From the NCBI RefSeq assembly GCF_009914755.1, contig NC_060932.1: 64,000 nt of DNA; one strand, written 5' to 3'. The DNA comes from the human T2T-CHM13v2.0 reference genome, Homo sapiens. Of the stretch, positions 11,985-24,789 are shown piece by piece. Positions within the stretch are counted from its first letter, which is position 1, and each line of letters opens with the position of its first letter. A program made the translations under genes and the position numbers. The notes under the pieces were generated by a model. It had not been told where the DNA came from. It saw nothing but the letters and a program-made list of their open reading frames with translations, and made no database searches.

Positions 11985-13007
11985 CAAATAAATTCCCTTC
12001 TCTATGTTGATGCCACTCAGAAAACATCTCTTCAGTTGAGATTTGTTTTCCAAACTCTGAATGGGCACATATGCTGCCTGATCAAACAGCTCCCTTCATG
12101 TCTTAATGTCTTATAGGTGCCTCAAGCTCAACATGTCCCCAAACACATGCCAACCAACTCTGCACCCTGATTCTAGTCTCAAATTCCTTGGATCAGTTTA
12201 TGATCCCACATCCATTTGGTTGTACTAGTCATTTCCTTTTTCTTTTTGTCATTTTGTTTAAACCATTATTAAGTTCTGCCAATTTTACTGCTAAATACTC
12301 ATGATTCAGTGTATGTATGTTTCTCCATCCCACAGCCATCAGTGTGGTTAAAGCCACCATATCTTTCAACTAAACTGCTCCTTGGAATGCTGGTTGGCTT
12401 TCCAAAATCCTTTCTTGCCTTTCTTATTTTATTCTCAAACAGCTGCCAGAAGAATCTTTTAAAAAGGCAAATCTTATTGCATCATTCCCTAGTTTAGAAC
12501 CCTTCAATGACTCTGTGTTCTTTCTAAGGTTAAGGTTACAATTCTCAATGTGGCCAGGATGGCCAAGTACACTGGGACCATGCTGCCACCAACTCCTTCT
12601 GCTCTCTTGGCTGCAGCCCCCAGTGTCTTTCTTTAGTTCTTCAGAAGTGCCCAGCTCAGTCCCACCCCAGGGGCTTTTCATCTGTGTGTCTGTTGGTCAT
12701 AAAGACTCTTCTCCTTCTTCTTCATCTAGTTGACACCGAGGTTTACACGCCAGTCAGAGAATATCAGTGGTGTATGAGAAACAAAACAAAAAGCTCTTAC
12801 TCTGTGCTGCATCTCCTTAACACCGTAACTTCTTCTGCTTCTCCATCACACTATTTATCACATATGTCTATATCTTCCTGTAAGATGTGACCTCTTTTGG
12901 GGAAGAAGTGTGTCCATCTCATTCACTTTTATGTCACCAGTGCCTAGCACAGATGCCATAAGACCAAGTATGTACTCAGTAAAAACTCATTTAGTGATTA
13001 AACAAAT
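11985..13007 (+). mobile_element. L2 LINE 3' region
   Basis: 'cctcaagctcaacatgtcc', 'cccagctcagtcccaccccaggggcttt', 'ccagtgcctagcacag'. Confidence 0.75.
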
Positions 13008-13984
13008 ATGAACTCCTGAAACGATTTCTTCCCAAGTATGTCATAGAGCTCTCATTTTCAGCCAGATTCTACCCAGTGACGCATCAAACCTCCATGTCAA
13101 TGGGCCAGGACTGTGCTAGGCATCTGAGATTGTTAACTAAAAAGCACATTTCTTTCTTTCCTCTAAAAGTAATTACTGGTTGCTAAATATTCAAACATAC
13201 ATTGAAAAAGCAGCTCATTAAATTATGTTAAGAAATAAATTACTATTCCTAATTGCTTTGAGTAGTTAATTATTTCTAATTATTAGTCTGAGTAATAAAT
13301 TATTGCTTCTGATTATGTTGTGGGCACAGTTGGAACATTCAAAAATGCAGTTCTCACAGTTGTTTACATCAGAACATGTTTATGGAATTATAGAGCCATA
13401 ATTGCCCTGAAATAACTGGTACCAAAAAATAATAAAAATTTGATAAATTCAATCAAAATACATCACTTCTTTGTCAGCTTATTTAGGAGATCAAGCATTA
13501 AAATGAAACAACCATGCTTGACTTTTCCAGTCTCTTCAGGGGGTAGCAATATTTTTAAATTGGGATTTTTGTTTTGTTTTGGTTGAATAAGAACTAAATT
13601 AGAATTTCTTTTGTTATTTAAAACAAGGAAAATAATCAGGCCTCTAAGAGTGTTAAAAATTAGGTTACACCACCAGCATACCATTCACAGGAGGAAATAA
13701 GCTGTGGCTTCTTAAAGAGAAACTGTAAGAAACAGTAAAAAACTCCAGGGCTATTTTATTGAATTGTAACATACCTAAAGTGCACAAATCTTATAGAGCT
13801 TTAAAACTTCTCACCCTTTGGCTTGAATCTGTCATTCTACTTACCAGTTTATCAAGTCAATGACAGAAGTAGGTACCCTATGGCAAGCCGTGGGCTGGCT
13901 TTCTTAATACCCCCGACTAATTGCTACAACTACACATCATCACTCATCTTTTCCTTCATGGGTTTCTGTCACCATCTCCTGCAT

Positions 13985-14512
13985 GCTGGACAGACTTTTA
14001 AGATGTCCCCAAGACCTTTATCTCCTGGTGACTCCCTTGTGTAATTTCTTCCCCTGGAGTATGGGCAAAACCTATGACTTACTTCTAGCTGAGATGATGG
14101 GATGGACATGATTGAATGGGCATGATGATGTGATTAATTATATAAGATTGTAGAGCCTGCTGGTCCCTCTTGCTGGCTTTGAAGAAGCCATGTTGGGAAC
14201 CCCATGTGTCAAGGAACTATGCCCAGCATCTGGAAGCTGAGGGTGGCCTCTGCCAACAATCAGTGAAAGCCGAAGTTCTCAGTGCTACAACCATGAGGAA
14301 CTGAATTCTGCCTACAGCCTGTGTGAGCTTGGAAACAGGTCTTTTCCAGTAGAGCCTCAGATGACATGGCAGCCCCAGCTGACACCAAAATCACATCCTC
14401 GTGAGACTCTAAACAGAGACCCCGGTAAAGCCATGCCTAGACTCCCACTGCATAGAAATTGTGAGATCATAAATACGTGATATTTTAAGCTGCTAAATTT
14501 GAGGTAATATTA
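13985..14512 (+). mobile_element. MLT1E/F-type MaLR LTR
   Basis: 'ttaagatgtccccaag...cttgctggctttgaagaagc...ggaactgaattctgcc...ttttaagctgctaaatttgaggtaat'. Confidence 0.8.
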
Positions 14513-14639
14513 GAATTTAAAAGTGCCTCCATTCTCTTTTCCTATTGTAACTGACAACTAGAGAATCCTGAGAGAGATCTTTATATCAAGATTATGAAGA
14601 GCTAGCTGCCCACACTAGCTCTCAAATAATCACAATCTG

Positions 14640-15310
14640 TGGTTCAGTAAATTGAGCACAGAACTTGGAGCAGAAGACCTATTAGATTGAAGCATGCAAA
14701 ATTTCCATTTTAGAGGCCTAGAATTAAATGTCAGCAATTTCAACTTAAGCTCTTCTTGACTCCTCTACTAACAGCAATTTAGCTTCAAGTAAGTCACTTC
14801 ATTTTATTGTTTCTTCCTTTCCTTACCTGTCAAATCTAAAATAATAATAATTAAGATGTTTTAGTATTTTGCCTACTTTATCTCACTCTACCCTCAGAAT
14901 TGCTTATTGCAGGTATTAATTGCCCTATTTTTCAGATGAGGAAATTTAGGCTTGGAGAGGCAACATAACTTGATAAAGTCACACAGTAGGGTAGGCAAAA
15001 TTCAAAAGGGGCTAAGCTGACTCCAGAGCTCATGCTTTTGACTTCATTATGCTACAGCTTTTCCCTTACAGTAACAATCCAGTTGGGGTCAAACAGAGGC
15101 ATACTTTACAGCCAGACAGGTAGGTATGTGAATTCAAATTTTACTTCTGTCAGTGTTTGAGAAAATTACTTTACTTCTCTGGGCCTCAACTGGCTAGTCT
15201 AAAATATGTGAAAAATAGTAGTTACTTCATAAGAGCATTTTGATTATTAATTGAGATTATACTGCAAGCAAAAAGCATAGTAAACATTCAACAATTTTAT
15301 TTTTACTAAT
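14640..15310. mobile_element. Cluster of three MIR fragments (+, -, +)
   Basis: 'aagtaagtcacttca', 'tttcagatgaggaaatttaggct', 'ttacttctctgggcctca'. Confidence 0.65.
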
Positions 15311-15699
15311 ATCATGAAGCCAAAAATGAGTTTAAATGAGAGCATTTTTGAACTAGATAGCTTGGTATATTAACATTTATTGCAAGAATGTAGTCTTTAA
15401 GTATTTAGAAAGTATAGAGCTACTTCCTAAAATTAACTCGAATTACCATAATGATCAACTAATTAAGTAGTAGGTCCAAGATAATTGGTCAAAGAAAGTA
15501 AAAGAGCAGAGCATTTGGCTGTCATCAGAGCAGATGAACATTTTGTAAGCAAAAATAAACACGTTTTTGATCTGGTTAAGCCCCAGACCAGAATGAACAC
15601 CTTGGGACTTCCTAGTGATCACCGAATACCAGAGTCCACCATTTTCTTCCCTGTTCAGCTTATAATTAGTTGTGTAGCCAAGGCTTATCAGAAAAATAA

Positions 15700-16420
15700 T
15701 TTGGAAGAAGTTGTGAGCAGAGGAGTGACTTCATCTGATTTGAGTTTTAAAATGATACTCTGCCTGCAGGGTTGAGAACAGACAGCAGGGAGACAAAGTT
15801 GGAAACAGGAGGCAGAAAGTTATTATAACCGTCTAAGAAAGTAATGGGCTAATGTGGCTGTAGTAGAGGGGGTGACGATTGTTTGGGCTTGGAGCCACTT
15901 TAAAGGTAAAGGGAACAGAATATGCTGATGGATTGTATATGGGGAAAGGAAGGAAGAGAAAGAAAGAGGAAAGAAGGGGGAGAGAGAAGGAGAAGGGGAG
16001 AGGTGGAAACGCGAGAGAGACAGAGAAGGATGATCCTAGATTTTGGTCTGAGCCACTAGAAGGTTAGAGTTACTATTTACTGAGATAGAGAAAACTGCTG
16101 GAGAGCTGGGTGGAAGAGGAAGACTTGGAGTTCAGATGTGTGCCTGATAACTTTTAGACAACTGTGAACCTTCATGTAGTGATGCTGAACAGATGGTGGA
16201 GAAGAAGAGTCTGGGCCTCAGGGGAGGGTCTGGGTTGGAGGTGCACATTTGGCAGTTGTCATGTATAGACGGATGATGTTTAAAATGATGAGACTTGAGA
16301 AGATCTCCAGGGGATGGGACATACAGGGAGAGGTGATGATGTCTCGCAGGTGGGTGGTAGAGGTAGAAGTGGTGAGAAGGGGTTAAATTGTGACTGGAGT
16401 TAATGAGGATGACAGAAAAA
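15700..16420 (-). mobile_element. L2 LINE
   Basis: 'gagcagaggagtgacttcatctgattt', 'aggatgatcctagattttggtctgagc', 'tttactgagatagagaaaactg'. Confidence 0.75.
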
Positions 16421-17054
16421 GGTGTCAGTGGAGGATTCAAAGGTTTTTTACTTGAGGCATGGGAAAATGGCATTGGCAGTTGCTGAGATGGGGGTGACTG
16501 CAGGAGGAGCAGGTATGGGAGTGTTAATCTGGACTCACCTAGTATGTGGGCATGGCCATGGTGGGGGAGGATGGAGCAGGGCAGTTGCAAGTGAGCAAAG
16601 CTGAGTGGAAGAGGCTTCACCAGGTAGCACGAATGAAGGCCCTAATTTCCTAAAGTGAGAACCTAAGAGGCAGGGATGGTGGATTAGCCTAGGGCCTGTA
16701 CAGGGAAGCATTTGCTCTCTAAGGCCATAAATCCCAATACTCGGTCTTTAGGGCTGCTGCTCTCCCTTTTCCTTAAAGTTTCATTTACTCCACACAGCAC
16801 AGGTAGTAGTAAGCAAGTAGAGTGAAAGATGATGTCGTCAAGGGTGCTCGATAGCAATGGCAAATAAACGCAGAGTAGCATGTGCTAGATCAAGTGGCTC
16901 CTGTCATAGAGTTCCCTCTCTTTTTAGTTTGAAGGGTAGTTCAAAGTTCTCTTTGTCAAAATCTACAGGTGTCTCCGTGCGGCAAATGGCAAAGGCCATC
17001 ATTTTGCTCCTACCTTGGGGCGCCCGCCAGCAAGTCTACAAGCCTCGAAGTTGA

Positions 17055-18576
17055 TATTACCACTAGGGAATGTATCCAAGTCACATGGCACCGAAGTATG
17101 TTAGCCAGCAGTGAGTCCATATGGGTCTGCAGCAGCCTCAATTATTTGCTTTCTCAGAAGAAAGAATTCAACCAAGAGGCATAAGGCAGAGGGAGAGACA
17201 GAGACAAGTTTTAGAGCAGGAGCAAGAATGAGCAAGAAAGAGCAATTACAGAGCAAGAATGAAAGGGAGTAAAGCACACTTGGAAAAGGGCCAAACTGGT
17301 GACTTGAGATTCAAGTGCACGGTTTTGACCTTCGACTTAGGGTCTTACATGTTGGCATGCTTTTGGGATTGCATTACTTCTCCCCTGATCCTTCTTTTGG
17401 GGTGGACTTTTGCATGCCCAGTGGCCTGCCAGCACTTGGGAGGGGTCACATGCACAGTGTGTTTACTGAAGTTGTATGCTTGCTCACTTGAGGCACTCTT
17501 CTCTTACCAGTTGAGTGTTCCTAGAGGAAGGTCATATACCAGTTAAACTCTGCCATTTGTCTCTTAGTGAGCATGCTTGAGCCATTCATCCAGCTTCTGA
17601 GATCTTTCTGGGAAGCTGCTGATCACCAGTTTCAGGTGTTTCTGTCTATTGGGAGACTGCCTTTCCCTGGCACCAGCTGTGACCAATTATTATTTTAGAG
17701 AGAGAGTGTAACAACTGCTTCACCATCACCTGATGGTGACACCATAACATCAGGTGACAAGAATGTCACCTGACATTCTTGTTTGGTGGGCGTGGTGGGG
17801 GGGGAGCTGTAATTGCCTAAGGAATTCTTCCTGCCCACTGCATAAAGATAAACCATGACACTGTAGTAAAGAAATAATTTAATAGACATGAGGCTGGCCA
17901 TGCTACATGGGAGATAAAGTCCATACTCAAAACATCTTGTTCAAAGCTTGCAGGTTAAGGGTTTTTCAAAGGCAGTTTTGAGGAAGGGGTGGAGGGGCCA
18001 GGTAGCAGGTGTTTGCTGTTGATTGTCTGGGGTGGAGATGAGATAAAGGGGGGTCAAAGCTGTCTTTCTACAGGCTGAATTGCTTCTGGTTGAGGCCACA
18101 GGAATGGGATTGGTGGGTGCAGGTGAAACCATCGGGACTAGGTAGAGTTATGAGTGTCAGACATACAAAAAACCTGAAAAGATATCTCAAAAGGCCAGTC
18201 TACAATAGTGGTGTTATCTGCAGGAATAACTGGAGAAGGTGCATATCTTATAACCTCCGGAATAATGGCTGACAATTGTTCATGTCCATGCCTCAGCAGG
18301 ACCCAGGCTCCTCTCCTTCCAGCCTGATGGCCTCCCATTAGCTTTATAAAAATCTGTTGAGTTTTAGGACAAGGCCTATTATTTAAACTATAGCCTAGAT
18401 GTCTTCCAATGTTAGCTTGGCCCAATAGTCCAGAAATAATTAAGGGAAAGGCAAGACGGGGGGTAGGTTAGCTCAGCTTACTGCTATAATTTTTCTCACT
18501 GATGTAATTTTTTGCAAAGGTGGCTTCAGAGCCCTCTCCTGCCCTGCTCATGTATGACTAACTACCTACTGTAACA
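17055..18576 (-). mobile_element. MER50 ERV1 solo LTR, split by a nested LTR (pieces 17055-17807 and 18529-18576)
   Basis: Minus strand starts TGTTACAGTAGGTAGTTAGTCATACATGAGCAGGGCAGGAGAGGGC; internal MER50 blocks; 4-bp TSD TTGA (17051-17054, 18577-18580). Confidence 0.88.
17808..18528 (-). mobile_element. LTR8-family solo LTR (LTR8B-like, 721 bp) nested in MER50
   Basis: Minus strand starts TGAAGCCACCTTTGCAAAAAATTACATCAGTGAGAAAAATTATAGCAGTAAGCTGAGCTAACC; TSD GAGC (17804-17807, 18529-18532). Confidence 0.8.
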
Positions 18577-18765
18577 TTGAGACTCCAGCAAGGGAATCTC
18601 AAAGAAAGACAGGAGAGCCCCTTCCAACTCGTTTCAGGCCCACCTTCCAAGTTCCACTTTCTTTTTCTCAGGTGACCGACACTGGGAGTCTCTACCTCTG
18701 TCTGAGCTAATTCAGAGGTGACTCTGTGACTTTCTCAAGGGTTGCGTGCTTTATGGCTAAGCCAG

Positions 18766-19678
18766 TGTAAACCAAAAATAGAATTCTAAGTTCACCAACT
18801 GACTGAACAAGCTCCTCTCTTAACCAAGGGGGTCCCAAAGAAACCTGAAAAACTAGTTCAGGCCATGATGGGAAGGGAGGTCGGACATGCCTCATTATAC
18901 CCTCTCCCTTAGAAGTTTAGGCACAACTGACCAGCAGTGACATTAACATACAGATACTAAGACTGATAAAACAGAGTTGTTGTGGGAATAAGATATGAAA
19001 TTTCAATCTGACTCTGGTATAACATCACAGGACAGATAGCAGACCTCGAAGGAGATCACAGTATTTTACCCCAAAATACATTTCTTTGACATATTTTGAA
19101 ATATGTCTTGCAAAATCATCTCTTGTAGAGGAAATCTGCATTCCATAGAGAATCTCCTTCCCTCTCTATGTCTTTTCTGGATTGTGGAGAGATTTAACTA
19201 TGAATATGTCACCTTTTTTAAGGTCCAAAAAGAGACATTTACCACCTCTTCTCTCTGAAGCCTGCTATTTTAGAGGCTTCATCCATATAACAAGAACTTT
19301 GGTTTTCATAACCTCCCTTATCCTAACTTAAGCATTTTTTCCTACTTGCTTCAACTCTTTAGGCAAAGTTTAACTCTTTCATCCAAATGCCAATCAGAAA
19401 ATCTATGAATCCATCTATGACATATAAGCACCCTTCCATTCACCAGATGTCTTGCCTTTCTAGGTCGAACAGATGTATACTTTACATGTATTGATGCATA
19501 TCTTTGCCTGTAACTTCTGTCTATCTAAAGTGTATAAAACCAAGCTGTAGCCCAACCACCTAGGGTATATGTTCTCAGGACCTCTTGAAGCTGTATCCTC
19601 ATCCATGGTCACTCATATTTGGCTTAGAATAAATTGCCTTAAACATTTTACAGAGTTTGGCTTTTTTCTTTGTCAACA
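18766..19678 (+). mobile_element. MER4D-type ERV1 solo LTR (913 bp)
   Basis: TGTAAACCAAAAATAGAATTCTAAG...TTTACAGAGTTTGGC...GTCAACA; TSD CCAG/CAAG. Confidence 0.85.
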
Positions 19679-19679
19679 C

Positions 19680-19892
19680 AAGGGATCAGGAAACTATGGT
19701 TCTTGGTCCAAATATGGCTCACCACTGATTTTTATAGATTAAGTTTATTGAAACACCATTACATCCATTTATTTCTAGCTACTTTTGTTCCATAACAGCA
19801 GAGTGGAGTGGTTGTAACAGAGAGTGTATGGCCCTCAAAACCTACAATTTTTACTATCTAGCTCTTTAAGGAAAATGTTTTCCAATTTCTGG
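19680..19892 (+). mobile_element. MER58A hAT-Charlie element
   Basis: 'aaactatgg...ccaaat...aagtttattgaaacac...gcagagtggagtggttgtaacagagag...tttactatct'. Confidence 0.8.
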
Positions 19893-20295
19893 CGTAAACA
19901 TAACTAGTATAACTGACTTCAAGCTAGTTACCCTAAAAATTTTCCATGTATTATCCACATATACATACAGAAGCAAAATGGTTATTGGACTTCACAGTCT
20001 AACTCCAAACTCATAGGACAATAGCAGACATAATCCTAACAGAGTTTGGATTCAGTAGGTATGAAGTATTTTTGAGTGAAGAAAAAGTTTCAACATAGTT
20101 TTGGGGGAACGAGATTTATTTGTGCCGGTGCCTTTTGAAAAAGTGTGTCCTGCTTTAACGTGGACACCTGTGTTTCTATAAAAGTCCCTGTCCTGTATAG
20201 AGTTTGTTGACATTATCGAACACTTACAACCCTTGGAAATACCTGTGTTAGAGATATTGTGTGTTTGTGCTAGGTTGCTAGGTATTGGTCTCAAC

Positions 20296-20428
20296 ATGTA
20301 TGTGTGTGCATGTACATGTGTGTGTGTGCATGGGTGTATATGTGTCTCTGTGTGTGCATGTTTGTGGGTGAGAGAGAGAGGACAGAGAAAAAGAGCCAGA
20401 GAAGAGAGAGAGAGAGGCTAGGAGAGAA
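20296..20428. repeat. Degenerate (TG)n followed by (GA)n
   Basis: Directly visible. Confidence 0.85.
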
Positions 20429-21024
20429 AAAAAAATCAAGAAAAACTGGGAAGCAGTTGGGTAAAGGCAAAACCCAGCTGGCTCCACTATTTTGGGATTT
20501 GAAGACATCTAATACATCCAAACTTTGGAAAACACTGTATGAAAATTTGTTGGAACATGAGAAAAAAAGAAAGGCTTCGGGGGTATTATGCTCATAATAA
20601 GGAATTACTGTGATCACCATAGATGACTTCAGCATCAATGACCTCTTCAACAAATCTGACCTGTGGGTCATCTTGAGTCCTTCTCAGTTGTGCACAGGCT
20701 CACTCGCCCTTATTCTTGTCATCATTTGGAACTGCCTGATGTGTGCATCATGAATAGTAATCAGTTCAAGCTGTGCAAATGTGGGAATTGCTTTCTTGAG
20801 GCTGTGCTTTCTTCCCTGGCTTGAAGAGTGTACAAGCAGAAGGCGGGCAGTTCCTCATTACAGATGCTGTGGATGTCACTTGATCATTGCCTGGTATAGA
20901 GTTGGTACTAAAAAAAAATTTACCGGATGATAAAACAAAGGGAGTGAGAATAGATAACACTTAAAGCCTGTTCAAGCCAATCCTGTAAATCTAATCCCAC
21001 TAAACTCTTTTGTGGCATTTTAAA

Positions 21025-21340
21025 TGTGACAAATACCATAGAGATGTTCACCAAGTCTGTTTCCTTTTCCTGGGCACATGGAAGGCCTTGTTCAGCCTTC
21101 TCTGAACCCTGAAAGATCTGTTCTTTCTTTTGTTTCTATGGCTACCAGAAAGCCAGCTTCAAAGACGTTGGTGTCACAAGATGGAAGGTGTGGGGGTCCC
21201 TGAGTCATGTCTTGGAGAAGAGCTGCCCAGCAGAGCTACCCATTTGCATACAACTGCGGTGTGAGCAGAAAATAAAACTTAATGCCACTCTGGTTTGGTG
21301 TTGTTTGTTGCGGCAGTTAATGTTCATTTTCTATCTTGAT
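21025..21340 (+). mobile_element. MLT1I/J-like LTR
   Basis: 'cacaagatggaagg...gtccctgagtca...ggagaagagctgcc...gtgagcagaaataaa'. Confidence 0.6.
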
Positions 21341-21399
21341 GCATTTGTACTACATGGCTAAATTAGACAAAAGTAATTAATTTTAGGAAAGGAATACCT

Positions 21400-21790
21400 T
21401 GAGTTGAAAAATTACTTTCTGTAGAGCACTGAAAAATAAATGAACTATACCCACATGCACACAGTTGTAAACATATGTTGGGCAAAAAATGTGACTCACA
21501 CAAAAATGCATGCCATATGATGCCATTTATATAAAGCTCAAAATACAAACAAAACTAAACAATATATTGTTTAGTAATACTGACATATGTATTAAAATCA
21601 GAAAGCAAAGCAAAATGCAAGCTAGCGTTAACCTAGGGTAGGCCAGATGGAGGAATGCTAGCAGGAAGGGTAACACAGAAATTTAAAACTCTTGGCAAAG
21701 TCCAATTTCTTAAAGCTATTTGGAACTACAACATTGTTTACTTAATAATTTTGTAGCATAAATATTAATATATTCTGTATATATGAAAAA
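21400..21790 (+). mobile_element. Old L1M (L1ME/MC-like) 3' fragment
   Basis: 'atatgatgccatttatataaagctcaaaatacaaacaaaactaaacaatatattgtttag'. Confidence 0.7.
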
Positions 21791-22699
21791 TATGATGGCA
21801 TCAAATCCTGTGCACATCTAACTTGCAGATTCAATCATACATGTATACTGAATATTCAATTATATATAATTATATGTCATATATTCAATTTTAGTTTGTG
21901 CAAATATACTTGATTATGTGCTGCATATTGCTGCCTCTTGCTACAGATTTATGGACATATTACTGTAGAAGATTGTATAGACTCTATCTACAAAACCTTG
22001 GATCTAGGAGATTTAAGGGGTTTTCAAAGATAATTTGGACAAATGCAGATGTTTTCTTACTTGCTAACATTGAAGCCCAAGCCTTATAAGATGTGACTCT
22101 CATGTACGATATGAATCATATTGGGAAGCATTTCCTAACTTGGGTCCCCAAATCTCTATAGATTCACAAGCTAGTTTTGGAATTTTGAAATCATAAGGAG
22201 TTATTGTCCGTTTGCTTGCAAGTGAGAGCTCTAAGCTAACAGGTTATTGTATTTGTTTTAGCCTGGAATTAAACAACTCAGGGTTGTTAAGATACGTATT
22301 TCATGCTGTTCAGAAGTGCTGGTAAGCAATTTATCTGTCTTTGATTAATTAAACATAGGAAAACCCAATTTGTCACTAGTCTCAGCTTGGAAGATGAAAT
22401 TTATCAAAGCATGAGGCCCATGGGAAGAAATTAATAAAAGGAATCCCTACTGGTGAAAAGGTTTAGAAACAATGTCCTGTATTAATTCAAATTCAAGTGC
22501 ATTTGTATTCATTCCTTGTTATGTTGTCCATTCAGTCAACCAATATTTACTGAGTGAAAACTCTGTGGCAGTTAGTTCTGAACACGGCGGGTAGGAGAGT
22601 GAGCAGATCCAGTATTCCTAACTACCAGTATAGGCTGGGTCTTAGTGGGGAAGTGGTTAGTACTGCTGTCAAAAAGAAGGGGACTAAGTTACATATTGG

Positions 22700-22950
22700 G
22701 AGGCATAGAACACAGTGGTCAAAAGCACCACTCATAGGGCCAAACACATCCAGATTGAAGTCCCTTCTTAGTTATTTAACAACTGCAGAATTTTAGGCTT
22801 GGAACTTAAATTCTTGAAGCCTCAGTTTTACCTTCTGTGGAATAGGATAGCTGTATGTGCCTCACAGGGTTATTGCCAGGAGTCAACGAGCTTGTAAACA
22901 CTTGGCAGAGTGTCTGCATGTAGACCGGCCTCAATATGTTATCTATCACA
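22700..22950 (+). mobile_element. MIR SINE
   Basis: 'gcatagaacacagtggtcaaaagca...aagcctcagtttt...cctcacagggttatt'. Confidence 0.75.
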
Positions 22951-22968
22951 TATGTCAGTTCAAACATC

Positions 22969-23356
22969 TGTTAAAGCAAACTAAATACGGCCTGAGAAGC
23001 ATTCTGTACTTTCATATTTGAGTCCTTGTGGATGAACTGTAACCCAGCTTAATAGACAAAACTGAAAACCTAAATTAACAGTATGCACCTGTAACAATGG
23101 CTGAGTGTTGGCTAATGCCGGCGGCCATACTTCAACCACTCATAGACTGCTGAATGTTCAAACTGCGTTTCTGTACTTCACCTCTGATTCCTGTACATCA
23201 CTTTAATTTTTTTGTCTATAAATTTATTCTGACCATGAGGCACCCTTGGAGCCTATGTGAATCTGCTGTGATTCTGGGGGCTGCCCGATTCACAAATTGT
23301 TCATTGCTCAGTTAAACTCCTTTACATTTAACTCAGCTGAAGTTTGTCTTTTATCA
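22969..23356 (+). mobile_element. MER57A/B-type ERV1 solo LTR
   Basis: TGTTAAAGCAAACTAAATACGGCCTGAGAAG...CTTTTATCA; perfect TSD CATC (22965-22968, 23357-23360). Confidence 0.88.
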
Positions 23357-23360
23357 CATC

Positions 23361-23545
23361 TCATCTAATCCTCAAGATAAAACTGAGTGGGTATTTTTTT
23401 TTCACTTGTCTTCTTGAAATGTGAAAACTGGGGTCAGCGTGGTGAGACAACTTTTCTTAGGTGATACTGGGCCTCAAGAGCAGAGCTGCTGGAACTTGGA
23501 CCCAGGTCTGTCCACTATCAAGGCCAGGGTTGTCTCTACTGTCCA
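23361..23545 (-). mobile_element. MIR SINE
   Basis: 'ctcatctaatcctca...gaaaactggggtcag...gaacttggacccaggtctg'. Confidence 0.65.
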
Positions 23546-24544
23546 GTAGCTCCTCTACGCATCCTAACAGAGAAAGCTGTAAGAGTGGAACATATATCTT
23601 TTAGGCCAAAACTTCTGATGTGACCCTTTCCTCCCAGTCAATGATTCCCAACCTTGCATGGGTTACCTCGGGGAGGTGTATCATAGTCCCTGGGACATGG
23701 GGATAGCCAAGTTTGAAAAAGTATATAATTACTTTGACTTGACTTTGTAAAGAAACAGATAATATCTTAGCATTGGCTTTGTCCACTCCATAATTTAAGA
23801 AGGAAAAAGCAGTTTATGGTTACACAAAAAAGCATGGTTTAAAAAAATAGCCTCTGCTCTCCTGCAGTTTCTTCAAGGACAGGTTCATCTCTTGGGCCTT
23901 TTTGCAGCTGCTGGATCTAGTCTAGGGAGCTCATGGGAAGATTCTGTAGAACCCAAATGTGGCTTAACAGTTGTGGTTTTAATATAGCTAACAGAAACTG
24001 TAAGCGAATATAGATGTCTGCTGCATTTCCATATGCATGGCATTGGGTAGGAGTAGCTGCCTATAATATTGTAGTTAGTCTTCTCCAAGTGAGTAATAGA
24101 GAACTACATTTCTGCTAATTATCATAACCAATTAGTTGAATTCAGAATGAAAAATCTTCAGGGCAAAATAACTGGATCCCACTGTTAAAGAATTACTAAA
24201 TTATAAGACATGTGATGGTAGTTTCATGACCCACAGAGAAGAGACCAGGGAAAGTCCCCAGCAATAGAGTGTACATCTCACCTCAGAGAACCAGACCTGA
24301 GGACAACTGAGGATAGTAGGCCGGGTGCGAGGGGGTGCACAGAGCATGAGGCCTCTGCTTTGAGTGAAAAGAGAATGGCAGAGGCAAGACTGCTTTGGCT
24401 GTGGAGACTCCAGGAGCCCATGGTATCATGTTCTATTGCCTTGCAGGTGGGTGTAGAAGCTGCACATATGCTAGGGGCTAATGAGGTCAGTGGAGGTATT
24501 TCTTGCAAGGATGCAAATGATGACTCTGAGAACTACAGAGCCCA

Positions 24545-24715
24545 GGACAAGAAATTCAAACCTTGTAGGACTAGAAAGTGTCAATAAGTCCATTTTCCAG
24601 ATGAGGAAACTGAGACTCATAGTGGGAAAATGATGAAAGGCACAGCAGGTAGTGAGGCTCTGGAAGTCGAACCCAGACTCTAAATTCTTCCCCTAGTGCT
24701 CTTCCTTCTTTGTCA
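24545..24715 (-). mobile_element. MIR SINE
   Basis: 'ccattttccagatgaggaaactgagactca'. Confidence 0.7.
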
Positions 24716-24789
24716 TTAATGCTTTAGTTTCCAGGAAAATCTGTGCCAGAAGCCCAGAAACCTACTTATGTCACACTCTGAGAATTCAA

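Noticed and set aside
20233-20671. ORFs with CV/HT/RE runs (also 63442-63905)
   Set aside because: Translations of microsatellites.
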